Shown here in pieces: positions 31,471 to 44,709 of a stretch of 64,000 nucleotides of DNA; the stretch's first letter is position 1; each line of letters starts with the position of its first letter. Under the pieces are notes generated by a model. The model was not told the DNA's origin. It worked only from the letters and a program-made list of their open reading frames with translations, and searched no databases. The position numbers were made by a program, and so were the translations under genes. The stretch is from the human T2T-CHM13v2.0 reference genome, Homo sapiens. The DNA is taken from the NCBI RefSeq assembly GCF_009914755.1, contig NC_060942.1; one strand, given 5' to 3'.

Positions 31471-34400
31471 TAGCTAAAATGCTCCAGGAAGAAATGAGGC
31501 AAGAAGAATGAATTGACAAGGAGAGATACCTGCAATAGCAGAAAGACAATGGTGATGATGATGATGATAGTTAATATTTATTAATTACTTTCTAGCATCA
31601 AGGATTTTACTAAGCATTTTTATGTATCACCTTATTTAATTTTTCATGTGTTTAATTTTTCATGTATTACCTTATTTAATCCTCCAAATACTATGATGTA
31701 GATATTATCATTCCCATTTAGACAATTACACAGGTTAAGACATCCAGGAATTTGCAAGCAAGATAAATAAAGAGAAATCCACACTTAGACACATTACAGT
31801 GAAACTATCAAAATTCAAAGATGAAGAGAGAATCTTAAAAGCAGCCAGAGAAAAAAAGATGGCAAAATAATGACATTGACAGACAAACTAAAACGGAGAA
31901 TTGGTCGCCCAGGGACCCTCACCAAAGCAAATTCTAAAGGATATTATTCAGGCAGAAGGAAAGTAATCCTAGAAGGAAAGTTTGAGAGACAAGAAGGAAT
32001 GACAAGCAAAGAAAGTGGTAAATATCCAAGCAAATGCAAATAAACATTGGTTGTATAAAATAGTGACAATATTATGCATAGGGGTTAGGGAAACCCCAAC
32101 AAGATCCATTTAAAATGCCAGAAAACACAGTATATATATATATATGTCAGAGGGAGGGTAAATGGAATTAATTGGCTCAAAAGTTACTACCTTTTCAGGG
32201 GGAGCGTGATGAGGGTTGGAATAAGCTTAGACTTTGATAAATTCTAAATTCTAGGATAAATATAAAAAATTCAAACTTGTGGAGGAAAAAAATTGGAGTA
32301 ACAAAAGTTGCTTAGACTTGCATATGCATGTATAAAGAAAAGCAAGAATGTAATTACTATAAAAAGCAAGGATATAATTACTATGAAAATCAGAATAGTG
32401 TTACCTTTAAGCAGGAGGTATCTGTATCCCTGTGACCTGGAAGGCATGCAGAGAGTTTCTGGGATACTGGTAAATTTTTGTATCTCAGGTTGGGTGGTGA
32501 TGCAGTAGGTGTGAGTTTTATCATTGTTTTTTTAAATGTACAAGTATATTTAATGTAGTTTTATGTTTGCATGTTTTTTTAAGTAATTAATTAAAAAAAT
32601 TAATTAAAAAGCAAATAACCTGAGGTTGAGATGAGCAGATTCCAGGAACATTCTTAGGGTAAAAATAGGCAAGAGAAAGTATTAATGGAGTTGAAAACAA
32701 AGTCACCTACATTTAGCAACGTGTCTTTGATGAGTGGCTTTATTTACTGACACTTTTCCTAAAACTGAACATGTATAACTGAACAAAAGTGACAAAGATC
32801 TCTGCCCTGCGGATCCTAGAGCGGGGGACAGATAGTAAACCAGTTTTAGTATTCTCCTGTAATGTTGCTTATTGCTAAAGCAGGAGGGGTCAGGAAATCA
32901 AGTCCCTTTAGAGAGACACCAATAAAACTGCTGGTTTGATTTATATGAGACCAGTCGAAGGGGTAGCTTTTAAGTCCCTCCTGTCTGTAGAAGGTATAAT
33001 TCCATGATTGTTGTGAAGTTTGTGACCAAAAAGCATTATAATAGTAAGAGCAAGAATCAGCTATAGCCTCAAATTTCTGAAAATGACCTCAGAATTTCAT
33101 CTCAGAAAGAGCTTGGCAATGAAACAAAAGACATACAAATCAAAAGTGGAAAACAGCTCCAGGAAAATTTTGATTATCTTGAATAAGAAGGCATCCAGAG
33201 CTGTAGCAGAAAAACTAATTTTGCTGAAAACACAGACAATAAAGGCGTGAAAGTCCTGGTGGAAAAGGAACTGTGTTTCAAATGTGTTCAGGTTGATATT
33301 AGGCTAATATTGTGTGTCCAGGCTTGGACCTCTAGGATCTGGGTTCCCGGGATTGGCTGCTATCCTACCGAGTAGAGTGACCGGATTTGTACCCAATGTG
33401 CTCCAGCCTTCCTGAGCAAAATCAACCTTCATGAGCGGATGCCAGCTGAAGGCTTGTCCTTAACCCGTCATCCAGCAAATCATTAAAAGAGGTTGTCAAA
33501 GACAATACAGATTTCCTCCAAGTCGTTTGCTGGATTAAAAACAATTCAGGGGACCATGAGGAAGCCAGAGTGGAAGGCCAGAACACAGCATGTTAGTGAT
33601 TCCAGGTCCAAGGTAAGCCTGAAAATTCAGCTCCGGCTTTCAGAACCCACTGGCCCATTCTGACACAGCCTATTCATTTATTTTAAATTATATTCTCCCA
33701 TTATGTATGCTGTGTCCGAATACCACTATGTGCTGGACAGAGCTCTGGGTGGTGTATTCTTTTGTGTAAATAGCATTTAGAACATTCGGTAATAAATTAC
33801 AGTCTACCAGATAACCCATATGTACTTACTGAGGGTGAACTATAGATTTTAAGATATTATAAGTCTTAGTCTTATCCTCAATATATTTACAAGCTATAGT
33901 TGGGAGCAAATATATTGATACAGTAACTGACTGAAAATAACAAAAGTTTCCATAAGAATTAAGTGATACATTTCATGATATGAACGATAATAAAACAGGG
34001 AGATTACTGAAAGTTTAAACTGGTCTGGGAGGTTTCATGGAAGTCTGAACTTGTGCCCGGATTATGAGTGTGGATTTGGAGGTAGTGTTTAAAGAAAAGA
34101 TAAGGGGCAGGTATCCTAGTGAGAGAAACAGTGTTCAGGCAGGAAAGAGTACGAATTTACTACCACATACCTAAATGTGCAGGTTTGGAGAGCAATGGGC
34201 TAGAAGGAACATGTCGTTTCTGCTAATTGGTTTCTTCAGCTGTGACTCCTAATATTTACTGTTTCATTTGCTCAATGCAAACTATGAAGTACTTGCTCAG
34301 AGTACATGGAGCAGCTGGGTTTCTGGAATCCATGTGTTTTGAGCCTATTTTCCTTTTAAGAATAGTACAGAATACATTTATTGCAGGAAGCTCTTTTCCA

Positions 34401-34794
34401 CTAGTGTGCTGATTCATTCACCTTCTTTGTTTCTGCCTTTCTGAAGTTTTTCTTGAGTCTAAGTAACCAGAGCCACCAACCACAGCTCAGGTATAGCCAG
34501 AACAGCAAATGGAAAGTGTGAAACCAATTCAAAAGGTGTTAATTCACACCCACAGATTCTTGCTCAGTCAGAATTGTCAAACACGGGGGTATAAGTAGTA
34601 TGATTTTCTGTTTTCCTTGTCTTGTCATAAGACCCTCTAAAATTATTTTTATTTTAAACTGTTTTACGTTTATTCATTTGGCTTGGGTGTAATTCAATTA
34701 TTTATAAAATGCCAGTATTTGAGTATCTGCTTCATTAGAGGCATTAATAAGTATTTATGGTATGTTACTTTGGTGAAATGAATTAATATAGAAA

Positions 34795-35102
34795 TATTAT
34801 TATTATTATTATTATTGTTTGAGACAGAGTCTCACTCTATCACCTAGGCTGGAGTGTAGTGGTGTGATCTTGGCTCACTGCATCCTCTGCCACCTGGGTT
34901 CAAGTGATTCTCCTGCCTCATCCTCCTGAGTAACTGGGACTACAGGCATGTGCCACCATGCCCAGCTAATTTTTGTATTTTTAATAAAGATGGGGTTTAC
35001 CATGTTGGCCAGGCTGGTCTCAAACTCTTGGGCTCAAGTGATCTGCCCACCTTGGCCTCCTAAAGTGCTGGGATTACAGGTGTGAGCCACTGCACCTAGT
35101 CC
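34795..35102 (-). mobile_element. Alu (AluJb-like) with (TTA)n tail
   Basis: 'actcttgggctcaagtgatctgcccacc' J-type diagnostic; TSD agaaatattatt. Confidence 0.9.
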
Positions 35103-35125
35103 AGAAATATTATTTTTGAGCTGGT

Positions 35126-35750
35126 ATAAATATATATATTTTAAATATATATATAAACAATTACATATATATAACTTTAAAATTATATATAACTTTATAG
35201 ACTATATACTATATAACAATATATAATATATAGTATATGTATTTATATAATATAAAGTATATATATAACTTTATATACATGCTATATATAGTGTTTTTAA
35301 TATATAGGGTCAGTGTGTAAGTGTATAAAGTTTTATATATATATTTTATTTGTATATACACACATACACATATATGTATATATAAAACTTTATACATATA
35401 TATTATATATTTTATATATTTATATTTATATTAATATATGTACACTGAGATTTAGGATATACATATGCACACATATATAGAGTGCATGTATAAAGTTATA
35501 TATATAACTTTATATATGTATACATACATATACACATATATTTAGGTATGTGTATATATAGTGTGTGTATAAAGTTATACATATAATTTAGATTAAATAT
35601 ATAATATAAAGTAGGTTCAGAGGGATGAGTGAATCTAACACATACATATAAATTATATATAATTATATGTATATATATAATGCGTGCATGTATAAAGTTA
35701 TATATATAATTTATGTGCGTGTGTGCGTGTGTGTGTGTATACATACATAC
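35126..35750. repeat. Degenerate (TA)n/(CA)n/(TG)n low-complexity tract
   Basis: ~600 bp of alternating purine-pyrimidine repeats. Confidence 0.9.
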
Positions 35751-35889
35751 ACCTAGGAGCAGAATTGCTGGGTCATAGATATGTGTGGCCTTAATTTTAC
35801 CAAGGACCTGTAATGCCAGATTCTAGAATTGCTGCCACCCTGCCCAGCATTTATTCAGCTTTGCATTTTTTGCCAGTGCAATAGGCCTT

Positions 35890-36065
35890 GAATTCTAGCT
35901 ACGCAATACCTTGTGAAAACACCCCAGGAACTTTTAAATAAAACCAATGCCCAAGCCCCACCCAGAATATTTAGATTTAAATTTCTCAGGGTAGGGCCTG
36001 GGTGTTAGGTTTTAAAAAATCTTTCCAGGTGATTGATTCTAATGCACAGCCAAGGTAGGGATTCT
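35890..36065. mobile_element. MER5-type hAT MITE
   Basis: aatgcccaagccccacccaga...gggtagggcctggg...ttccaggtgatt...ctaatgcacagccaagg. Confidence 0.7.
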
Positions 36066-37409
36066 GGTGTAAAGTGCTGCCTTGGTGTTTTAATTTGCTT
36101 TTTTCTCTGATTACTCATGGTTTTGGATATCTCTTCTTATGCTTGTTAACTTCTGGGGTTTCTTCTTGAGTAAATTACCTGTTCCCCAGCATATTTACAT
36201 GATTGGGTGCAAGTTTAAATGATAATGTATATGTTTGAAGGGGAAAAACATCACACAGACCAAGAGAGATGAAACCACATGAGGAAGGGGCAGTCTGGCT
36301 CCCTTAGCCTCAGTGATCATGGGATTAGGAAATCTACCTCATTGTATGAGGCTGTGGTCTTTGGAAGTCACTTCCTCCTTATTCAGGTACTGCTTCCTAA
36401 ATCACTACTCAGCCCCAGCAGAATTAGGGATGGTGGAACTTAGTAAGTACTATTTAGGTGTTTGTGAAATAAATGTGAATAAATGACTCTTTTATTTCTA
36501 GGTTTGCAATACAAATGCCTCTTTTTCCTACTTAATAATTGGTGCTGGACAACTTCTATTATGGAAAGATGTCAGTTTCTAAGCATCATGGGTTAGGGGA
36601 TGGGCTTTGTGGCTACCATTTTGGATACAGAGCCTGGATGCCCCTAAGAGACTGAGTCTTGTTTCTAGGACCCACAGCCTGAACACCCAAACCTGTGGTA
36701 ATTTTCTCCTCAGTTCCTCCCTTAATCCCTAGAGCAGGCTCTTTTTGTGTGGCTAACCAGAATTTTATGGTGAGTCCACTTACCTGGAAAAAGTGAGCAG
36801 CTCCACCCTCTGAGACAGAGGCCTTTCTGGGGCCTGGGAAGCCTGAGGGCAGCGTAGGCTTTGGGTGAGCTAGGACGTGCATGGCTGCATGGCGTGTGGC
36901 TCGTGTGACTCTCGGAGGAGAAGGGAAGGTATGACCTGAGGTCATTTCACACTGTGCTAGGTGAGGAACACTTTTGTTTTCTCCCTAATTTTAATTGTAT
37001 GAGTTTTCAGATATTATTTAAGGCTGAATCATTCTTACCAAAAATGGGAGAGAAAAAAAGAAAAAAAGTCCTCAGTTACACTTCCTGGCCCCTTATGGAT
37101 GTCAAGAGTTTTTCTTCACCTTTAATTAGTTTACTAATTTTTTTAGCTAAGAGATAATGGTGGAAAAAATTAATTTTCTGTCATTTCATACCACGAGGAG
37201 CTCAAATTTTAGAAAGATAGAAGTAAATATAGGTAATCACAAATCAGTGATCTAAGAGCCATTTACTTGCAAGACTGAGGGAAGTGGGGACAAAAGACAG
37301 GGGAAGCGCTTCCCAAGGCCACATGCAAAAGCTACGATTAAGCAGTGATGTATGTTGAAGCTGGGTTTTGAAAGAAAAGTAGAAGTTTGCTAGGAGGAAA
37401 ACTGGAACT

Positions 37410-37605
37410 CAATTACTCACTGCCTGTGTGACCTTGGGCAAGTTCTGACACCTGAGAAGCTCAGTTTCCTTAGGTGTGAAATGGGAACACTAATATTACC
37501 TGCTTGTAAATGCAATTGCAGAGATTAAATGAAAAAAAAAAATAAAGCTTATGAAGGGCTTAACACAGGCCTGACATAGAAAAAGGCTCAGCAAACACTT
37601 ATTGA
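37410..37605 (+). mobile_element. MIR SINE
   Basis: tgtgtgaccttgggcaagtt...ctcagtttcct...tgtgaaatggga...gagattaaatga. Confidence 0.8.
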
Positions 37606-38454
37606 GTACATGCACAAATGAATGTGTGCATGGGTGTGCCATGATGAAAGGTCATGGCAAAGCCAGTAAGAGAGGGACACTGCCTGATTGTTGTCTGGTT
37701 GATTGACTCTTATTCAGTACACTTAATTAAAAAATATAAATTATGAAGAACCCCTGACATGCATCTCTTTATTTCAAGGTCAAAATTAAAGAAGGCTAAC
37801 ATTCTCTATTGTCCTCTATTTTATTTTTTATTTTATGAATAAGCATTGGGGTTTCAAGTGGATCAGTTTGGGGACAGGTATGGATGTGGTAGCCAGTGGG
37901 TCTCAGTAAAATCTGAAAGATGTTGAGTGTGAGCTGCAGAACTTCTAGTGGCTTTAAGGCACAAGCTATTAATGACAGAATTATTCACTGAGAGGGAATA
38001 ACTGTTAGCAATAATTACTCCTAAAGGTTCGGCTAAGAAAAGGATAATGAATGACCCAGCCACAGGCCTAGAGGGAAGACCTGGGTCTAATATGAGATTG
38101 ACTGATGTCCGAATTCCAAATCTGCAACCTACACCTTCCTGAACTTCGATTTTTTAAACTTGTTAAATACATTGCAGGTGTGTAGAATTATTTTATGTTT
38201 ATTCAGTGAATACTCATTGAAGGTCCACCATATGCCAGTGTTGGAGATATAATGATGATGAAAACTGCACAGTCCCCATCCATGTGATAGTTTGGATTCA
38301 AGAGGCATGACAGATATTAAACAGATCACAAAATTAATGTTTAAGGACCAACTGTGCTAAGTCCCAAGAAGGAACACAGTACTGGAGAGGTTGTGAAAGT
38401 AGAAGAATGAATTTAAATTGGAGAGTGAGATTCACACTGAGACCTGGAAGATGA

Positions 38455-38958
38455 TATATTAGGTTTCTTTGGCTGCTATAGCAAATACTACAAACTTAGT
38501 GACTTAAAACAACACAGATTAATTATCTTGCAGTTCTGACGGTTAGAAGTCCAGCATGGATTTCACTGGGATAAAGTTAAGGTATTGGCAGGGCTGAGTT
38601 CTTTCTGGAGCCCCTGAGCCTCCAGAACCTGTTTTCTTGCTTTTTTCCAGCTTTTGGAGTCTACCTACATTCCTTGGTTCATGGTCCATTTATTCTATCT
38701 TCAAAGCCCTCAAAATTGTGTATCTCTGATCATTTTAGTCATATCTCTTTCTGAGGCTCACTCTGTCTACCTCTTCCACTTTTTATGACCCTTTGATTAC
38801 ATTGGTCTCATTTGGATAATCCAGGATAATCTTCCTATTTTAAAGTCAACTAATTAGCAACCTTAATTCCACCTTTAATCTTAATTCCCCTTTGTCATAT
38901 AACCTATCTGTGAGGATTAAGTCTGTGAACATTTTTGGGAAGGTCATTATTTTGCCTA
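38455..38958 (-). mobile_element. MaLR LTR (MLT1C/D-like) within an L2 remnant
   Basis: ggctgctatagcaaatactacaaacttagtgacttaaaacaacac...ggataatccaggataatct. Confidence 0.8.
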
Positions 38959-39832
38959 GATGAATAGGCATGAGCCTGGGGAAGTTGGTCAGGGGTGGAG
39001 GGAAGATATCACAAGCAGAAGACCTTGAGTCAGGCTTCTGTTGAATTCATGAAAAAGAAGAATGTGTCTGAAGGGGAGAGCAGAGCCAGCTAAGGAGGTA
39101 GATGGAGCTAGATTTTGCAGGGCCTTTTTTGCCTTGTTAAAGATTTGGGACTTTTATCTGAATGCAGTAAGAATCCATCAGAGTGTTGAGTATGGCATGG
39201 CATCATGGGATGGCATTTAAGAATCACTCTGCATTCTTGGAGGAGAGTTGATGGAGAAGGCCAGCAATGAGACTCCTGTCCTTACCAGAGGAAGAGATTT
39301 ATGAGATTCATTAGCACAGGGCTTGCAATTAGTAGGAAGTCTCCTGTCTGTAGTTCTTCTCTACAACCAAGGTATTTGCTAGCATCTTTCTCAGCAACAT
39401 TCATTATTTTTGCCCATTCTACTTCCTCTTAAAGACTCTCTTCTTTTACAACACCTACTTTTGCTCTTTTTGCCAACCTCTAATATCCTTTATGATCTGG
39501 CTCAAGATTCACGCCTTCCAAGAAGCCATCAGCAACTGGCTTTATTCTACATCAGTCACTGCCTTTGCTCTCTGAACATACTGAATGACTTAACTGTCAT
39601 ACTCACCATATTCCTCCTTCCAGGGTCTACTCCAGCACCCCACAATGGCTTCTGTCCTGCCTAAATTCCCAACCCACCATGACTGAGACAGATTTCACTG
39701 ACCAGATAGTTAAACCTTCAATTTTGAACAATCAGGTGCCAGGATCTTCCTCCATCTACTGTGGCCCTGATACCTATGTTGCAGCTGTGAGCTGATGAAG
39801 TATAATGTCCCACTGGTGAGTCCTTAGATCTC

Positions 39833-40230
39833 TGTATTAGTCTGGACAGGCTACGTTTTGCTGCAATAACAAACAGCTTGTGTATTGCAATGATTTATAA
39901 GAACAAAGGTTTATTTCTTGCTCACACTATCTGCCCATTACTGGTCACTTATGGGCTCTGTTCATTTATCATTGTCCTCATTCTGAAACTTGGGCTAATG
40001 GAACCTGGCCTTTTTGTAGAACATTGTCTTCTATCATGGCTTATGACATGCATCAGTTTTAAATCTCTGGCTTCAAAGTGATAAATACATTTTTTACTTA
40101 CAACTGTAGCCAAAAGAAACCTGAATTCAAGGAGACTGAGAAGAAACACAGAAGGCTAGAAAGTGCAACCTTATCACGTGTTGGAAAAGGGAGAGCTAGA
40201 ACATTTGACAAACAACACGAATGACTAGTA
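39833..40230 (-). mobile_element. Old MaLR LTR (MLT1K/L-like)
   Basis: tgtattagtctggacaggcta...gctgcaataacaaac...aacaaaggtttatttcttgctcaca. Confidence 0.6.
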
Positions 40231-41399
40231 TTTTCATTCTGGTCTCAGGATCAGGACTCAACCCAAATTCCATGGTGCCTCAGATCTGATAATCAAATTA
40301 TGATACCAGAGGTTACAAGCCTAAGCCCTGTCTGTGTGACTCAGTTTTTATACCTGACTTTTTCCTGGGTTTCCCTTTGAGTCCTATTTTAGTAATCACT
40401 TTGTTCTCCTCCATTCTCCAACAGGGCTGGAAGCCTTGTTTTGTCCTTTTCCAGTTTCCGTTCCTATAGGCTGGAGGCTCATCTATTCTGATGCTAGAGC
40501 CCTACTCCCTATAGGCAGACTGTGACGTAGATGTCAATGAATGCCTGGACTCCTGAGGATTGTCTAATTGAATTGCACCTGTAGAAGGCCTTGATATTTT
40601 TGGTTGGTTTCTCTCATGCTGATCATTTGCTTGAACCCTGGGCAGAGGTTCCGAGTCTGCAAAAATAATAAACTTTGCCTTCTCCCTGAGAATTTTCAGC
40701 CTGTGATGTAATTTAGGTCTGAGTTCCAGCAGCCTCTTGCTAGTGGGCAGGCAAGTTTTTGGGCATTACCACCACCCCTTTCTTGCTGTCAATAAACAAT
40801 CATATTGTCTTAATATATTGAGATGTGTTGGCAGAGTCTCTGGTTGCTTTCTGATCTTTTTCCTATCCATAAGAGATTAAGATTCTAAATATATCTTCAT
40901 TTCCCCCATTTCCCAATTTTTTTTTTTTTTCTCAGCATCTAATGTGACACAGTGAATGTGCTAGGAGTTTAATAACTACTTCTTGGGTAAATGAATGGGG
41001 AGCCACAAACTTACCTTAGAACTCATAAAATATCACTAAATGCTTTGGTATTTCATCAGAAAAATGGGGTAATGACATTTAATTCAGGAAGACATTAGGA
41101 GGATTAGATATGATCAGTGTGGTATGCTCTGGAAGAGGCATTCCTTCACAAGAAATGGCAATAACATTATTAATAAGATGTGGCTGAGTCAGATGCCGCC
41201 CAGGTGTAGAACAGCAGCCAGTTAGTGTGCCCCAGTGACATTCTTCAACAAGGGATGAAACTTTTATTTTCCTACTTCTCACACACACCTGAACTGCCCT
41301 CTTGTAGCCTTTTCCTTAAGTCAAGGAAAAGTAACCCTTAATTTATTTAAGGCACATTTTTTGGTGGTCATTGGAGGGGTAGGACAGAGATGATTTGTT

Positions 41400-42400
41400 G
41401 AACAAATTTTCAGATAGTTTTGGTTTTTTCAGTCTTCCACTTGATCATTTTTTCACATAGTCATTTTACTGGTTTGATTTTTACTTGACATTTAACTTCC
41501 ACGCATTTTGAACAATTATCTTTTCAAGTTTAATTGACAGGAAATGTAAATCTGAATTCTGTACTGAAGCCTTTGAAATATGGTATCCATTTATTTCATT
41601 ACCATTTGATCACTCAACACAATATGATGAATTATAATAATGGCCCTGGCATCAAAAAATTGCTAAAGATGATAGACGTGGAGATGTCATATTGATTCTC
41701 ATCACATTAAAAGACCAAAGCAGGGACACAGAGATGTTTTGATTACTATCAGTTCATGGTGAAATCTCAGCCACAGAAATGTTTGATGTGGGTAACATGA
41801 TAAATAAATCAATTTCATTGTAATCTTTAGGACTATAGTGTGCTTCATTTTATAATGCTAGATGACATATTAACAGACTCTACATTCCTTTGGCTAAAAA
41901 AAGAAACCCTGTTATTGAAGGACTGTCAACTATTCTTAATTAATGTAGGCTTCCAAATTTTTTGGCTTAAAATTCTGCAGATATGAAAAGCTTTTGTAGG
42001 AGATATTCAGCATACCAATGAGAGATATCTGTATTCTCTTTGCACATTGTAATAATCCAGGTGCACTCTACTCTAGTGGTTGGCCTGTGATGTAAGATGT
42101 AATAAATGAACAAAATATGTTCTTTGAAAAAATAGTGAAAGTTTGAATTTTCCACTGAAAATTTAAGAACATGATAATTTACATTTTCATTCTTACTTTG
42201 GCTCTTGCAATGGCTAATCGATTCATGATGGTGACGGAGGGACTTTGAAATTATTTTGTCAGTAACAGAATGATGTATATACTCCATATATTTCTGAAAT
42301 AATGATTTACATTGGTGGAATTCCACATACTCGATGGTTATGAAACTCCAGTGCAAAATTTAAATATTTGTATCTCAGTATTACAATGTTATGTTAAATT
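41400..42400 (-). mobile_element. Possible ancient hAT transposase fossil (C-terminal dimerisation region)
   Basis: Minus-strand frames around 41640-41830 read IMLPTSN...FTMN...NVMRINM...FDARA across frameshifts, resembling the hAT 'LP.S...ER.FS.M...LMRI...FD' motif. Confidence 0.4.
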
Positions 42401-44585
42401 TTAAAATAGTTCAACTAAAGTATATATTCTAATCAACTGACATATTTGTTCACTAGTGATATGAATTGATTTTTAAGTCAGTGGAGTCAGTGGCTTATTG
42501 AGTGGTATTGTTTAGTACTAGTGAATCTTCCAACTCACGTAGGTTCCTTATAGCTAAGTGACCACCTGTCTTGTTTGCATGAGATACCGTTGTCTCTGAA
42601 ATTACTACTAGTGTTTCCTTTTGCTTTCAAAAGGAAATTTTGAAATGGATGGTAAAGTACATGAACACTCTACCTATACAGTCCTGGAAGCCATTGTTTT
42701 GGACTCTTTTTTGGACCAAATCTCTTCCCTAGATTTTTCATGCCTTTTTTGTAGTATAGGCCCCAGGGCTGTTTTTCTTTGCTTCAGTGGATTCCAATGG
42801 AAACGTTTTGCTGAAGAATGCATTTATAAAAGAATTTTAGAAATGATCAAAAAATTTTAAAATACATAATCTTCGCTCTTTTTCACCATTGAACACTCAG
42901 CACTTTGCACAATGCTTGGCTATCGTAGAGACTCCATAATTACTTGTTGAAGAATAAACAATTTAAAACTTAACCATTTTTTATTTAAGAAAATTCAAGT
43001 TTCTTCACACACACACTTTTCTTCCCAAAGATACTAAGCTACTGCATGATTACTCTTGGAATCATTGCTTAGTAAAATATTTCTCAAACATTGTTTGAAT
43101 AAAGATTACTTGGCATTTGGACAAACAGGACCAAAAGTCAGACTCCCAGATCCTGCCCCTGAGAGTCTGGTTTTGTCTCAGATAATGCCAGATAAATAAT
43201 AGGCATTCCATCTAGGATCCTCTCCAACTCCAAGTCTTTGAAATCTTTGTCTTACTTTAATTTCAAAAGGATATTTCCTTGACTTCCTACTAAGTTGTCC
43301 ATCTTTCTACCATGTCACTGCTGATAATGTAGTTGTGGAGAAGATATTAGACTGCATAAAAGCCAGGTTCCACCACATAACTGGCTTTTTACCACTTCCT
43401 CTCTCTGGACACAAATTTCCTCCACCTTAAAATGACATGGCTGAGCTACAAGATCTCTCGGATCTCTTGCAACTCTGTTATCAGGTGGTTCTTATCTTTG
43501 AAGCCTGATAGATGTCTGATCATGAGACATTTTCCACAAAAGAGTACAACTACTTTGTCTTTGTTGCTTCATTTGCAAGAAATAATCTCTGGATTAATTA
43601 TTACTTAAGAGATATTTTTAGTCTTTTAGGTTATTAAGCACCATTCTTCACCAACAACTTTCTGCATCAATTTTTTTTCAGATTCCCTAGATACGTGTAT
43701 TGGGAGGTGATTGGTATTTTTTTTTTCATTTCAGAGGTTAAAAATAATCTCTTAACTTTTGCCAATTGTCTTTTAGATCCTGCCAAAGATATTTCTACAG
43801 ATAAGAAAAAAGCCTTTGCCTTGGAGTATAATTTGCAAAAGTTGAAAGAGCCTTGTTTGCTCACATACCCTGTTATTAAATCATAAGCACAATCAGAAGT
43901 AATTGCTTGGGTGGCCATGCCAATTGGAGCCCACAAGATGGGAAGAAAAAGGGACCCTGGTGAATACATGTGCAGAGATTTGTTCATCAGATTAACTATC
44001 TTGTGGTGTATTGAGGCTTGAGGAAGGCTAAGCCATGTCATATTAATTTTTTTCAGAAGCAGAGAGAGAGAGAGGGAGAGAGAGAATAGACTGGAAAAGT
44101 TGTAGAGCATGGAAAGGTCCCCAAGAAGGTCAAGACTTGATGAGCAGTGGGTGGTGAGCCTCTAAAAGTTGTTTCCTCTGAAAGTTTTTTCCTCTTATTG
44201 GAGGAAAAGACAATCACATGTGGTTAGAAAAGAAGCAACAGAAACATTCACTTATACCAGAATTCTGTTCCTGTCTTGGGCTGTTCTTGAGGTCAGAAGG
44301 AAGAGTCCTGAGAAGTGATGTGACAGGGGAGAGAAGGAAGAAATGTATCTGACTGCAGTTTCTTTCTACTAAGCAGGCTGCTTGGGGAGGAGTATTGAGA
44401 GTGTAGTCACAGAGGTGGCATTGATTTTCTTGTGCCTTTACGTGATTACTTAACACCGCAGGTGTTAAGGTGGGTGGATCCCATGTAAAGAATAATTATT
44501 TATTATTTAGTCTAATCCACACTGGCACTGATGTCTCATAGTTGATTTACTATTAATCAACTCAATTATTTCTCAAGATTTTAGG

Positions 44586-44593
44586 TATAAAGG
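44586..44593 (+). promoter_or_regulatory. TATA box of the DYNAP-like gene
   Basis: TATAAAGG begins 67 bp upstream of a strong-Kozak ATG (agaATGG at 44653). Confidence 0.7.
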
Positions 44594-44652
44594 GCAATGA
44601 AGAGGCTGGAAAACGTTTCTGGAGTTAAGCTTGTGATATTTGCAGTTCAAGA

Positions 44653-44709
44653 ATGGACAGAAAACATGGGAAATACATAGTGAACATTGAACACTCTGGA
44701 AACCAGCCA
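44653..44709 (+). CDS. DYNAP-like type II mucin, coding exon 1 (MDRKHGKYIVNIEHSGNQP)
   Basis: 19 codons, strong Kozak, donor CCA|GTGAGT at 44710 (phase 0); close to the recalled DYNAP segment MDRKHGKYILNVEHSENQP. Confidence 0.88.

Noticed and set aside
35209-35744. Tyr/Ile-rich ORFs
   Set aside because: Translations of (TA)n low-complexity DNA
43667-44110. 147-aa minus-strand ORF near the promoter
   Set aside because: Begins in a (GA)n tract, has no recognisable domain or splice structure; length compatible with chance
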